Part shown: one piece after another, positions 8,831 to 18,237 of the stretch
How positions within the stretch are numbered: position 1 is the stretch's first letter
Layout of the letters: every line of letters starts with the position of its first letter
Assembly (NCBI GenBank): GCA_951813565.1
Contig: OX638351.1
Location: forward strand, 4,576,001 to 4,640,000
DNA length: 64,000 bases
Origin: an uncultured Poribacteria bacterium
GTDB lineage: Bacteria; Poribacteria; WGA-4E; WGA-3G
Reading direction: 5' to 3'
Program-made: the position numbers and the translations under genes
Notes under the pieces: model-generated
What the model was told of the DNA's origin: nothing
The model's database searches: none
The model's input: the letters and a program-made list of their open reading frames with translations, nothing else

Positions 8831-10051
8831 ATGTTTAATACCCTAACCGAACTCATAGAAAAAGTCCATCTCGGCGAAGACGCAACGATAGAATTCAAAA
8901 GAGAGATGCCGCGCAGAAGCAACCTTGCAGACGAAATTGCCGCGTTTGCCAATGCAAAAGGCGGTGTTATACTCATCGGTGTTGACGACGATAGCGAAAT
9001 CATTGGGTTAGACAAAGCGGACTTGGATAAGGCAGAAAAGGCAGTCGTTGAAATCTGCCGAGACAGCATTGACCCCATCGTTCTGATATTCACAGTAAAA
9101 TTACGGATTGACGATAAAAATCTGCTGAAAATAGAGGTGCCGAGAAGCCTATTTGTTCACAAAACCGCGAACGGTTACTTCATTCGCCAAGGAAGTAGCA
9201 AAAGAGAAATGTCCTCAGAGCAGTTAGCGCGGTTGTTTCAAACCCGATCACAGGCACGTATCATCGCCTTTGACGAACAATTCGTCCCGAACACACATCA
9301 AGGGACATTAAAAGAACCGCTCTACCGCCGATTTATCACAGAAGGTGCAGCGGAAGATGAGACAGAAGACCTACTCCTGAAAAGACGTTTACTCGTCAAG
9401 GAAGGTCAGGAGATTCGCGCCTCTATAGCCGGTATCTTGATGTGTCATGACACACCCGATGACTACCTTTACAACAGTTTCATTCAAGCGGTTTTGTATA
9501 AAGGGAAGGAAAAAGACGCAAACAATCAGTTTGATGCCACAGACATTCGGGGACCGTTAGACCAACAGATTATAGAAGCAATGAAATTCGCTGGTAGATA
9601 TAACGCGGTCGCAGCAAAGAAGGATATTGGCAGAATAGACGTCCCGCAATACAGCATGCGTGCCGTTTTTGAGGCAATCGTCAACGCTGTCGTGCATAGA
9701 GATTATTCAAAAAGCGGCTCAAAAATTCGGTTGTTTATGTTTGATGATCGGCTTGAACTTTATTCGCCTGGGGCATTGGCAAATACGGTGACAGTGGATA
9801 ATTTACGTTACAGCCAAGCCACGCGAAATGAACTGCTCGCGCGGCTACTTTCGGAAATTACGTTGGATGATAATATGAGAAGACAAGTAGTCCGCAGGCA
9901 CTTTTTAGAACGCAGAGGCGAAGGTGTCGGTATCATTCTGAACGAAAGCGAGGAATTGAGTGGAAAACCGCCTATCTATGAACTCTTTGACGAGGAATTA
10001 CGTCTGACAATTTTTGCTGCACACACAATTCCTCACTATTATTCAAAATGA
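8831..10051 (+). CDS. Schlafen/AlbA_2 domain + HATPase_c_4 protein (RecG-like regulator family)
   Basis: EDATIEFK, IAAFANAKGG..LIGVDD, EAIVNAVVHRDY, IRLFMFDDRLELYSPG, ERRGEG; start could be 8807. Confidence 0.85.
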   Translation: MFNTLTELIEKVHLGEDATIEFKREMPRRSNLADEIAAFANAKGGVILIGVDDDSEIIGLDKADLDKAEKAVVEICRDSIDPIVLIFTVKLRIDDKNLLKIEVPRSLFVHKTANGYFIRQGSSKREMSSEQLARLFQTRSQARIIAFDEQFVPNTHQGTLKEPLYRRFITEGAAEDETEDLLLKRRLLVKEGQEIRASIAGILMCHDTPDDYLYNSFIQAVLYKGKEKDANNQFDATDIRGPLDQQIIEAMKFAGRYNAVAAKKDIGRIDVPQYSMRAVFEAIVNAVVHRDYSKSGSKIRLFMFDDRLELYSPGALANTVTVDNLRYSQATRNELLARLLSEITLDDNMRRQVVRRHFLERRGEGVGIILNESEELSGKPPIYELFDEELRLTIFAAHTIPHYYSK

Positions 10052-11098
10052 ATACAGTGCCGTTATAGAAACCAACGCCCCCAATTTAAACGCATCGTTA
10101 CCCGATGCAGAATCATCGTATAAAGTTTCCTGCTGCATCGGCAACATAAACGTAATAGAGAGCGGGACGTTGTAAGGTGTCGCGATAGAAGTGCCCAGCG
10201 ATACCAGGCTAAAACGTAGTCCTGTATTGATGTCAATCTCACCATCCCAATGTGCATAAGATTGGTAAAGCCCAAGATAACTTGTCTGCAGCGAAAGCCA
10301 ATCGGTGATACGATAATTCAACCCACCAGTATAGGTAACATCCCATGAACCGCGATAGTTTTTGCTGTTTTCATAGAACGGATACTTACTTCTAACACTT
10401 GCGTTTGCCCTCAATCCGCCATAGACAGGAAAACTATAACGAAGGTCTGCAATCGGATTAAATGTGCCAGTACCGAATTGAATATGAAGATGTTCCATCC
10501 CCATATCTCCGAGTTTCCATGGGTCATTTTCAGTCTTACCGAACGGAATTGTTGTGCCAATTTTCGCGGTCAGCATATCATTTTGCCCGAAGATACCATG
10601 TTTGTGATAAGCTATCAAAAGATCCATATCTGATACACCTTGATAGGTTTCGTCTCGGTGATGAATTTCTTGATAGAGTAAAATCTTCCTTCTTACCTCA
10701 GGATCATCAATGTTCTCAAGTCCGCCGACGTTGGCATCTTGGTCTTTTATCTCATAAGGCACCACTGTTTCCAGTCGCAAATGCTTGTTAAGTTGATATT
10801 TTAGCCCAATATCAAACCGCACAACGTTCATCTCAACTTCATGTTTGTGAGCAGCCACAACTTCGGGTAGACTACCTATTGAAGATAATCCTTTAACCTC
10901 GTCGTGTCCACCTTGTGCATTAAACGTTCGCGTGCCAAAGGAGATTTGAAATTTCTTTTGCTCTGAAGTTAAACTAACTTCACTACCCTCACCTTGTGGG
11001 ATTGTGGGGTTGCTTCACGCACCTCAGCTCTCTTGTGCAAAACCGAGAGAAATGAAAATAAATTGAATGGCTAAAATTACAGAAAGGAGGTTTTTCAT
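10043..11098 (-). CDS. Putative exported selenoprotein (UxxU), His-rich outer-membrane beta-barrel/transporter-like
   Basis: GAGGT RBS, ATG 11098, signal peptide, in-frame TGA at codons 25 and 28, open frame to 10043, C-terminal Phe (LYSF). Confidence 0.8.
10975..11011 (-). promoter_or_regulatory. Candidate bacterial SECIS hairpin
   Basis: mRNA AAC-CC-CAC-A-AUCCCAC-AAG-GUGAGGGU-A-GUG-AA-GUU just 3' of the second UGA (folded by eye). Confidence 0.5.
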
Positions 11099-11191
11099 AT
11101 CTGTTTTTACCTCAGGAATGTGTTTTGTACAGTTAGTAGAATTTTATTGTTCAGTTGTTCGGTTAAATTCATTTTGTCCCAATCTCATTAT

Positions 11192-11221
11192 ATTTTAGCA
11201 GATTATTTCTCACCGTGTCAA
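11192..11221 (-). promoter_or_regulatory. sigma70-like promoter of the UxxU gene
   Basis: Minus strand TTGACA-18bp-TAAAAT with extended TG. Confidence 0.5.
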
Positions 11222-11244
11222 GGCAAATCAGAATCAAATTGATG

Positions 11245-11273
11245 TTGACATCTCTGAACTGATAACATATACT
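11245..11273 (+). promoter_or_regulatory. Divergent sigma70-like promoter of S9 peptidase
   Basis: TTGACA-17bp-TATACT. Confidence 0.55.
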
Positions 11274-11355
11274 TTATTGAGCAATAATTATGCGATAGAT
11301 AGGCAGAATTAGATTGGTTTGTGTCATGCAACATAAAACATAAATGAGGTAAAAG

Positions 11356-13551
11356 ATGGATCACAAAACGTTAAAGATTTCAGATATATTAAAAATGAAA
11401 TCTTTTTCAATAACTTCAATATTGCAGCTTTCGCCAGATGGTGAGTGGCTTGCCTATGTCGTGAAGGATCCCAATCGGAAACCCTCATCTCAACAAGAAA
11501 TCACAGAATTCTCAGGATCTCTATCTACTGGAGCACCAGTTCATGCTTATTGTAGTGAAATTTGGGTTACCAATATCAGGACAAACGAGTCATATAGGCT
11601 TGGTTCAGAAGTGGGAGTTGACTGGGCACCACGGTGGTCTCCAGATGGACGTTATCTTGCATTTTGTTCTGACCGAATGGGCGCACCACAACTTTGGGTT
11701 TGGGATAGGATAGAAAATAAACAGCGGCGAATTAGCGATAAACCGATTTGTCCAATAGACGATTTTGAAGCACCACAGTGGACATCAGATGGAAAACAAC
11801 TCATTTCAAGATTACGACCAGATGATATGGATACTTCCACCATAATTTCTACCGATTCTAATGGACAAGCAATAAACGTCTGGCAGACAGAAACCGACGA
11901 ACAGTTTTCTTCAGAGGATAAACTAAATCCAGTCGCTTATCTTAAGGCTGATTTAGCGGTTTTCAATTTTGAGACGGGGGACGTATCGATTCTGATGCGA
12001 GGATTATATTCATTAGACATGTCTCTTTCTCCGAATAACACTACAGTTGCGGTAATGAACTTGACAGGACCAGAAAAATTGACATCTCAGGCAACCCTTT
12101 TTGAGTTGTTATTAGTGCCTTTAGATGGAACACCAATTCGACGCTTGGCTACAAAAATCAGACATGGAGCAAGAGTCGTAAGTTGGGCACCAGATGGTGA
12201 ACAGCTGGTATATGCTGCTCACCCGGATGGCCTATTTTTAGCTTCAACACAGAATGAGGAACAGAAAAACCTTACTGCGAACATTGCAGAGAGCCCTCGT
12301 TTTTTCACACGTCCGTTATGGAGTACATCGGGAGATACGATTTTTTGCGGTTTCGATGAAAATGTGTGGGAACTTGCAGCAGATGGGAGTGGGGCGCGGA
12401 AACTTACAGAAGGCTTGAATCGAGATATCGTTGGCATCATAGCGAAGGTGGGAACACATACCGTTTGGCAGTCAAGCGAAGAACGATCTATCTGTATTCA
12501 AACACACGATCGTGAATCAAAGAAAGATGGTTTCTATATGTTGAACACTGCTGAAGCAAGTGCTACCTGTCTGTTTGAGGAGCCGATTCACCTATATCAT
12601 CCTTGGTCGATTTTAGAGGATTTTGAGGTTGTGGGTGATGGCACACAGATTATATATAGATCAGAAGATACGACTGGACCAGAAGAAATCTGGACATTCG
12701 ATATAGCTACAGGAAAACGACGCCAAGTTACTGAGCTCAATCCACATTTATATAATTTAGACTTTGGTGAAATCCGTATCATCAAATCAGAAACAGTGGA
12801 AGATCAATGTTTCCGTCATGTTTTGATGCTGCCAGCCAACTACGAAGCAGGAAAGTGTTACCCTTTAATTGCATGGGTTTATCCCGGAGAGAGCTTATCA
12901 AGTTTTGCTTATTGTTTTGGGTTCCAAAAGAGAACGGAGATTAACTTTCAACTACTTGCAGCACAAGGTTTTGCAGTCCTTGGTGTTGATATGCCACTTG
13001 AATCCAACGAATCGCTAAAAGATATGTCTGAATTCGTGCTATCGGTAGTAGACGAAGTAATTGAAATGGGGATCGCCGATCCAAATCGTTTGGGGTTAAT
13101 GGGATTCAGTTACGGTGGATACAGTACGGCGGGAGTGATTACGCAAACCACTCGTTTCAAAGTAGCTGCGTGCGGCGGGGGTCTCTACAATCTGACCAGC
13201 TTTTACGGGCAACTTTCTAAACAGGGACATAGTAGCCGCATTGGTTGGGCAGAAGAGGGGCAGGGACGTATGGGAGGTTCACTCTGGGAACAACGCCAGC
13301 GATACATTGATAATTCGCCGATATTTCATTTGGATAAGATTGAAACACCTTTATTCATCTATTGCGGTGATGGTTTTGAAGGGGCTGACTACGCGCAATC
13401 TGGAGAACTTTTCTCCGGATTACGTAGACTAAATAAAAAAGCTACTTTCGCATGGTACAGAGGCGAAGGACATCATCCATTTGGTTGGAGACTTGAGTGC
13501 CAAACTGATTGCTGGGAACGAATTTTGGATTGGTTTGAAAAACATCTATAG
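11356..13551 (+). CDS. S9 family peptidase (acylaminoacyl/prolyl oligopeptidase) with PD40 propeller
   Basis: WSPDG repeats; GFSYGG nucleophile; EGH catalytic His. Confidence 0.9.
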   Translation: MDHKTLKISDILKMKSFSITSILQLSPDGEWLAYVVKDPNRKPSSQQEITEFSGSLSTGAPVHAYCSEIWVTNIRTNESYRLGSEVGVDWAPRWSPDGRYLAFCSDRMGAPQLWVWDRIENKQRRISDKPICPIDDFEAPQWTSDGKQLISRLRPDDMDTSTIISTDSNGQAINVWQTETDEQFSSEDKLNPVAYLKADLAVFNFETGDVSILMRGLYSLDMSLSPNNTTVAVMNLTGPEKLTSQATLFELLLVPLDGTPIRRLATKIRHGARVVSWAPDGEQLVYAAHPDGLFLASTQNEEQKNLTANIAESPRFFTRPLWSTSGDTIFCGFDENVWELAADGSGARKLTEGLNRDIVGIIAKVGTHTVWQSSEERSICIQTHDRESKKDGFYMLNTAEASATCLFEEPIHLYHPWSILEDFEVVGDGTQIIYRSEDTTGPEEIWTFDIATGKRRQVTELNPHLYNLDFGEIRIIKSETVEDQCFRHVLMLPANYEAGKCYPLIAWVYPGESLSSFAYCFGFQKRTEINFQLLAAQGFAVLGVDMPLESNESLKDMSEFVLSVVDEVIEMGIADPNRLGLMGFSYGGYSTAGVITQTTRFKVAACGGGLYNLTSFYGQLSKQGHSSRIGWAEEGQGRMGGSLWEQRQRYIDNSPIFHLDKIETPLFIYCGDGFEGADYAQSGELFSGLRRLNKKATFAWYRGEGHHPFGWRLECQTDCWERILDWFEKHL

Positions 13552-13705
13552 TGAACTATAAGATTAAGTGAACATTTTTTAGCATTTGCGGCGTTTGCAG
13601 TCGCGCAATTCATTGCGCCTCTTACATTCATCGGTAGGTGTGCTTTGTAAGCGCGCCGATCAGCATTTCAAATTGATGACATATTGACAAAATTTGGTGA
13701 AAAAA

Positions 13706-14557
13706 ATGAGCAATTATGAAGTAATAGTTAATGCAAGAACACATTTAGTTGTTGATACCGACACTGGACGTTGTTTAGGCGGCGTCGGTACAAACTTTTA
13801 TCGTCCCTTTGTCTTTCCATTTTATACACCTGCTGGACATACCGTGATTCAGGAATTCGCTTTTGATCATCCGTTTCACAACGGCATCTTTGTTGGACAA
13901 GCGCCTGTGAAGGTTGGTGAACGGGAAGCATGGTTTTGGGGAGCACCGCCGCGCCGTTCCTTCACGGACAGGCTTTTTGAGCAATTAGGTCGTATGGAAA
14001 CGGAGAAAGAAATTGACATGGCACCACATGCAGATGGTGTTCAGTTCGTTCAGAAGGTTGTCTGGCGCGATGCCAACGAAGAGCCTTTAGTCGACGAAAT
14101 TCGAACTGTCAATCTATATTCGATTGCGGATGGCACGGTATGCGAAATGACAAGCGAAAAGATTGCTAACTACGGTGCTGTCGAATATCCGCAAACCAAG
14201 TATGGGAGTATCGGGATGCGTGTTGAACCGAGACTTTTGCCTGTTATGGGAGGCGTTGTCATTGGTGACAACAACCGTAGAGGTAAAGTCGAAGTCATAG
14301 ACGAAAACATATCAGATTTTGTTGCATACCAAAACCAACTACCTGGGCACGGTCATTTTGGTGTCTTTATGACAATTCTTGAAGAAGGTATCCGCGGTCC
14401 GTGGTTCATTCGAGATTACGGTATGGCGCTCTATAATCCCACACAGACTGGTACAGTTTCAACACCAGCAAATGGGACATGGAAGATTGCCCTTCGATTT
14501 GTTGCTTATGACGGAGAGTTGACTACTGCCAGAGCTGAGAAGTGGTGTATGGTGTAG
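13706..14557 (+). CDS. DUF6807/PmoA-Pfam-like protein
   Basis: RPFVFP..TPAG, DHPFHNGIF, KYGSIGMRV, PWFIRDYG. Confidence 0.65.
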   Translation: MSNYEVIVNARTHLVVDTDTGRCLGGVGTNFYRPFVFPFYTPAGHTVIQEFAFDHPFHNGIFVGQAPVKVGEREAWFWGAPPRRSFTDRLFEQLGRMETEKEIDMAPHADGVQFVQKVVWRDANEEPLVDEIRTVNLYSIADGTVCEMTSEKIANYGAVEYPQTKYGSIGMRVEPRLLPVMGGVVIGDNNRRGKVEVIDENISDFVAYQNQLPGHGHFGVFMTILEEGIRGPWFIRDYGMALYNPTQTGTVSTPANGTWKIALRFVAYDGELTTARAEKWCMV

Positions 14558-16141
14558 ATGGAAACAGAAAACATCCTTGAACTTCGGAACCTTACGAAGA
14601 CATTCGGTGACCTTGTTGCTGTTGACAACGTAAATTTTGAACTGCAAGCTGGCGAAATCCACGCGATTTTAGGGGAGAACGGTGCTGGAAAATCCACCCT
14701 CATGAATCTCATTTATGGGCTTTACCAACCATCAGGTGGGAGTATCCATATTTCTGGTAAATCAAAAATATTCAAATCCCCGCGCGATGCAATTGCCAAC
14801 GGTATCGGCATGGTGCATCAACATTTTATGCTCATTGAGAATCTCACTGTCGCTGAAAATATTGCACTCACTGTTGCGCAATTCAGTTCAAGAGATGACA
14901 CATTAACCTATGTGGAATCCCCACCAAAAGAAAGCGTAAACACCATTAAACTTAGCAAATTTCGGTATAAAAAGAAAGACGCAGTTCAGATTACCGAAGC
15001 ACTTTCGCAAAGGTTTGGTCTGGCTGTTGATCCAAATTCGCTTGTACGGACACTTTCAGTCGGACTGAAACAGCGGGTTGAAATTCTAAAAGCACTTGCC
15101 GTGGATGCGCGCATTCTAATTCTTGATGAACCGACAGCAGTTCTCAGTCCACATGAAGTTACCGGCTTTTTTCAAATTCTGCGCGCACTACAAGACGATA
15201 ATCGATCAATCATTTTTATTAGCCACAAAATGAAAGAGGTGTTAGAAATTAGCGATAGGATTACGGTCTTGAGGCGTGGTAAGAAAGTTTACAACGGAAA
15301 GACAGGGGAACTTTCAACCCGTGGACTTGCCAGAGAGATGCTTGGTGAGGAAATCTCAGAGGTAGAACGGAAAAAAAACAAAGCAACAACAGACGTGGTG
15401 CTTAATATTTCTGGATTGACAGTCCTGGGGAGCCGCAATGAAATTGCTGTTTCGGATGTTTCTATGCAAACATATCGCGGTGAAATTGTCGGAATTGCTG
15501 GGGTTGATGGAAACGGACAACGCGAATTGGCAGAAGCAATTATGGGATTGCGTCTATCCAAGTATGGCACCGTAGAGATTTTAGGCAGGCAACCGTCGGG
15601 AACAAAAAATATACGCCGGTGTGGTGTTGGTTATATTCCTGAAGATAGGCGTACAATGGGCATAATCACTTCGTTTACTATAGCGGAGAATCTGATGTTG
15701 AACATAACGCATTTTGAACATTTAGCGAAACGCGGGATAATAGGTCAGAAAGCGAAAAATATAGCAGCGATGAAGCTTATTGAAACCTACGATATCCGAC
15801 CACCGTTTGCGAACATACCTGCTGCTGCTTTGTCGGGCGGAAATCAACAAAAAATCGTTCTCGCCAGAGAAATATCACCACAACCTGAGCTGCTTGTTGC
15901 TGTTAACCCTACACGTGGATTAGATGTTAGTGCTGCACGATATGTACATCAGAATTTACTCGCGCAGCGCGACCAAAAAAAATCTGTGCTATTAATTTCT
16001 ACAGAATTAGACGAAGTTTTAGAGATGAGTGATAGAATATATGTGATTTCAAGAGGAAGACTAATTGATGCCACTACACACCGAGATAACATTGAAGCAT
16101 TAGGGTTATTGATGACGGGAGAGACAGATACAGATGTTTAG
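14558..16141 (+). CDS. Nucleoside-type (CUT2) ABC transporter ATP-binding protein
   Basis: GENGAGKS, GMVHQHF, LSVGLKQRVEI, LSGGNQQK, PTRGLD. Confidence 0.92.
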   Translation: METENILELRNLTKTFGDLVAVDNVNFELQAGEIHAILGENGAGKSTLMNLIYGLYQPSGGSIHISGKSKIFKSPRDAIANGIGMVHQHFMLIENLTVAENIALTVAQFSSRDDTLTYVESPPKESVNTIKLSKFRYKKKDAVQITEALSQRFGLAVDPNSLVRTLSVGLKQRVEILKALAVDARILILDEPTAVLSPHEVTGFFQILRALQDDNRSIIFISHKMKEVLEISDRITVLRRGKKVYNGKTGELSTRGLAREMLGEEISEVERKKNKATTDVVLNISGLTVLGSRNEIAVSDVSMQTYRGEIVGIAGVDGNGQRELAEAIMGLRLSKYGTVEILGRQPSGTKNIRRCGVGYIPEDRRTMGIITSFTIAENLMLNITHFEHLAKRGIIGQKAKNIAAMKLIETYDIRPPFANIPAAALSGGNQQKIVLAREISPQPELLVAVNPTRGLDVSAARYVHQNLLAQRDQKKSVLLISTELDEVLEMSDRIYVISRGRLIDATTHRDNIEALGLLMTGETDTDV

Positions 16142-17237
16142 TTTTTCTGCCTTATTTCGTAAGGTAAAATCTTTTTCTCTCATCATAGGAAAAAAAATTC
16201 TGTTTTTTTTTCTATGGATGTTAACACCCATTTTGATTTTATTGGTTGCCTTCATAACGAATGGCATCATCATATTCTTGTTTGGCTATAATCCAATAGA
16301 GGCTCTTGTTGCAGCTATTGATGTGACATTTGGTTCTCCACGTGGGATAGGTGAGACTTTAGTAAAAAGCACTCCTTTTCTTATGACAGGACTTTCTGTT
16401 GCCATCGCCTTTCGATGTGGAATATGGAATATCGGCGCTGAGGGACAGTTTCTGATGGGTGCTTTGGCGGCAACTTGGTTCGGAACTAAGATTGCCACAC
16501 TCCTTCCTAATACCTCTTGGATAGCGGTGCCGGTCTGTCTTTGCCTCGCAGTCTTTGCGGGCGGTATATGCGGAATTATTCCTGCAATTCTTAAAGTGAC
16601 ACGTGGTGTCAACGAAGTGATTAGCACGATTATGTTGAACTACATCGCGCTTCATCTGGTAAGCCTGATGATAGATGGAGGCCCGTTGCAGGAAGCATCA
16701 AAAACGGGTCCGCAAAGTGATCCGATAGTCGAATGGGTATTTCTACCACGAATTTTTGAGTCTCATCGAGTTCACCCAGGTATTGGTATAGCAGTTTTAT
16801 TAGCTATTGCCTTAACATTTATTTTGTTTCGAACAACGTTTGGATATCAACTCCGCGCAGTAGGTGAAGGAGGTGCAGCAGCGGAAGCGGCAGGGATTTC
16901 AATAGTACACAACACCTTACGCGTCTTTTTTATTAGTGGTGCACTTGCCGGACTCGGCGGTGCAATTGAACTCATGGCACTTGTTCCGCACCAACTTACC
17001 GAAAACTTTTCCCCTGGATACGGTTACACTGCAATTGCTGTAGCCTTATTGGCGAGACTGCATCCGTTGATGACTGTTACCACTGCACTCTTGTTTGGTG
17101 CACTATCAAGAGGATCGTTTGCTATGGAGGCAGAACTCGGAATATCCAGACAGGTGACGTTGATGATGCAAGCAATAATCCTTCTTTTCGTCATTGGATC
17201 AAGTTCTATAAAATTCTTTCGCAAACGTACACTGTAG
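16134..17237 (+). CDS. Nucleoside ABC transporter permease (NupB/YufP-like)
   Basis: NIGAEGQ, NEVISTIMLNYIA, GYGYTAIAVALL. Confidence 0.9.
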   Translation: MFSFSALFRKVKSFSLIIGKKILFFFLWMLTPILILLVAFITNGIIIFLFGYNPIEALVAAIDVTFGSPRGIGETLVKSTPFLMTGLSVAIAFRCGIWNIGAEGQFLMGALAATWFGTKIATLLPNTSWIAVPVCLCLAVFAGGICGIIPAILKVTRGVNEVISTIMLNYIALHLVSLMIDGGPLQEASKTGPQSDPIVEWVFLPRIFESHRVHPGIGIAVLLAIALTFILFRTTFGYQLRAVGEGGAAAEAAGISIVHNTLRVFFISGALAGLGGAIELMALVPHQLTENFSPGYGYTAIAVALLARLHPLMTVTTALLFGALSRGSFAMEAELGISRQVTLMMQAIILLFVIGSSSIKFFRKRTL

Positions 17238-17282
17238 TATATTGGTTGCATCAGTTAATGTAACCACAGATGTTAATGAGAA

Positions 17283-18227
17283 GTGAATATGATAGAGATA
17301 TTTGAAGATATCCTCGCTGCTACGATCCGTGGAGCAACCCCGCTATTACTTGCTGCATTAGGAGAGGTGGTTTCACAACGTGCCGGCGTGATTAACATCG
17401 GCATTGAAGGCATGATGCTCATCGGTGCGCTTTTCGGATGGGTGGGAACTTTCTATATGGCTGAACTGCCGTTCTTTGCACCATGGGTTGGGCTTTTGAT
17501 AGCAGGGTTAAGTGGACTTGCAACCGCAGCGATCTTTGTGTTATTTTCAATAAAACTACGTGGTGATCAGGTTGTTGTCGGCACAGCGATAACATTATTG
17601 GCGTTAGGATTCACAGAGGTAGTATATAGACGGCTTTTTGGAGTGACAGGCAGCTCACATAATGTTCCGAATTTTAAAGAATTTGATGTTCCATTTCTTT
17701 CACAAATTCCACTGTTTGGAAAGGCGTTATTTTCGCATAATATCATCGTCTTTATAGCTTTTCTACTCGTCCCCTGTGTCTATTTTTTCCTTTACCATAC
17801 GCAGCCAGGTCTAAGAGTTCGCGCCTGTGGCGAACATCCGAAAGCGATTTCTACTATTGGATCAAACGTCTCACTTTTGCGAACAGTGTGTCTGTTATTT
17901 GCCGGTACTATGGCAGGCATCGGGGGAGGTTATCTATCACTTGCAGATGTGCCTTATTTCTTTCCCGGAATGACAGCGGGTCGCGGTTTTATTGCGTTGG
18001 CAATAGTCATTTTCGGGAAGTGGCATCCAGTGAAAGCCTATGGTGCCGCACTACTTTTTGGTCTTGGGTTGGCGTTGGATAATCGATTCCAAGCATTTGG
18101 GTGGGATATCCAATATCAGTGGTTTTTGATGTTACCTTTTGTGCTTTGTTTAGTAGTATTAGCAGGCTTTGTTGGACGTGCAGAAGCACCACTTGCACTC
18201 GGAAAACCTTATGACCCGTCAGAGTAA
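17283..18227 (+). CDS. Nucleoside ABC transporter permease (NupC/YufQ-like)
   Basis: ATPLLLAALGE, NIGIEGMM, GEHP, GRGFIALA, APLALGKPY. Confidence 0.9.
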   Translation: MNMIEIFEDILAATIRGATPLLLAALGEVVSQRAGVINIGIEGMMLIGALFGWVGTFYMAELPFFAPWVGLLIAGLSGLATAAIFVLFSIKLRGDQVVVGTAITLLALGFTEVVYRRLFGVTGSSHNVPNFKEFDVPFLSQIPLFGKALFSHNIIVFIAFLLVPCVYFFLYHTQPGLRVRACGEHPKAISTIGSNVSLLRTVCLLFAGTMAGIGGGYLSLADVPYFFPGMTAGRGFIALAIVIFGKWHPVKAYGAALLFGLGLALDNRFQAFGWDIQYQWFLMLPFVLCLVVLAGFVGRAEAPLALGKPYDPSE

Positions 18228-18237
18228 TCTAACTCTT

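Noticed and set aside
13706..14557. Particulate methane monooxygenase subunit
   Set aside because: Soluble protein resembling the misnamed PmoA Pfam/DUF6807; no TM helices and no pmoB/pmoC.
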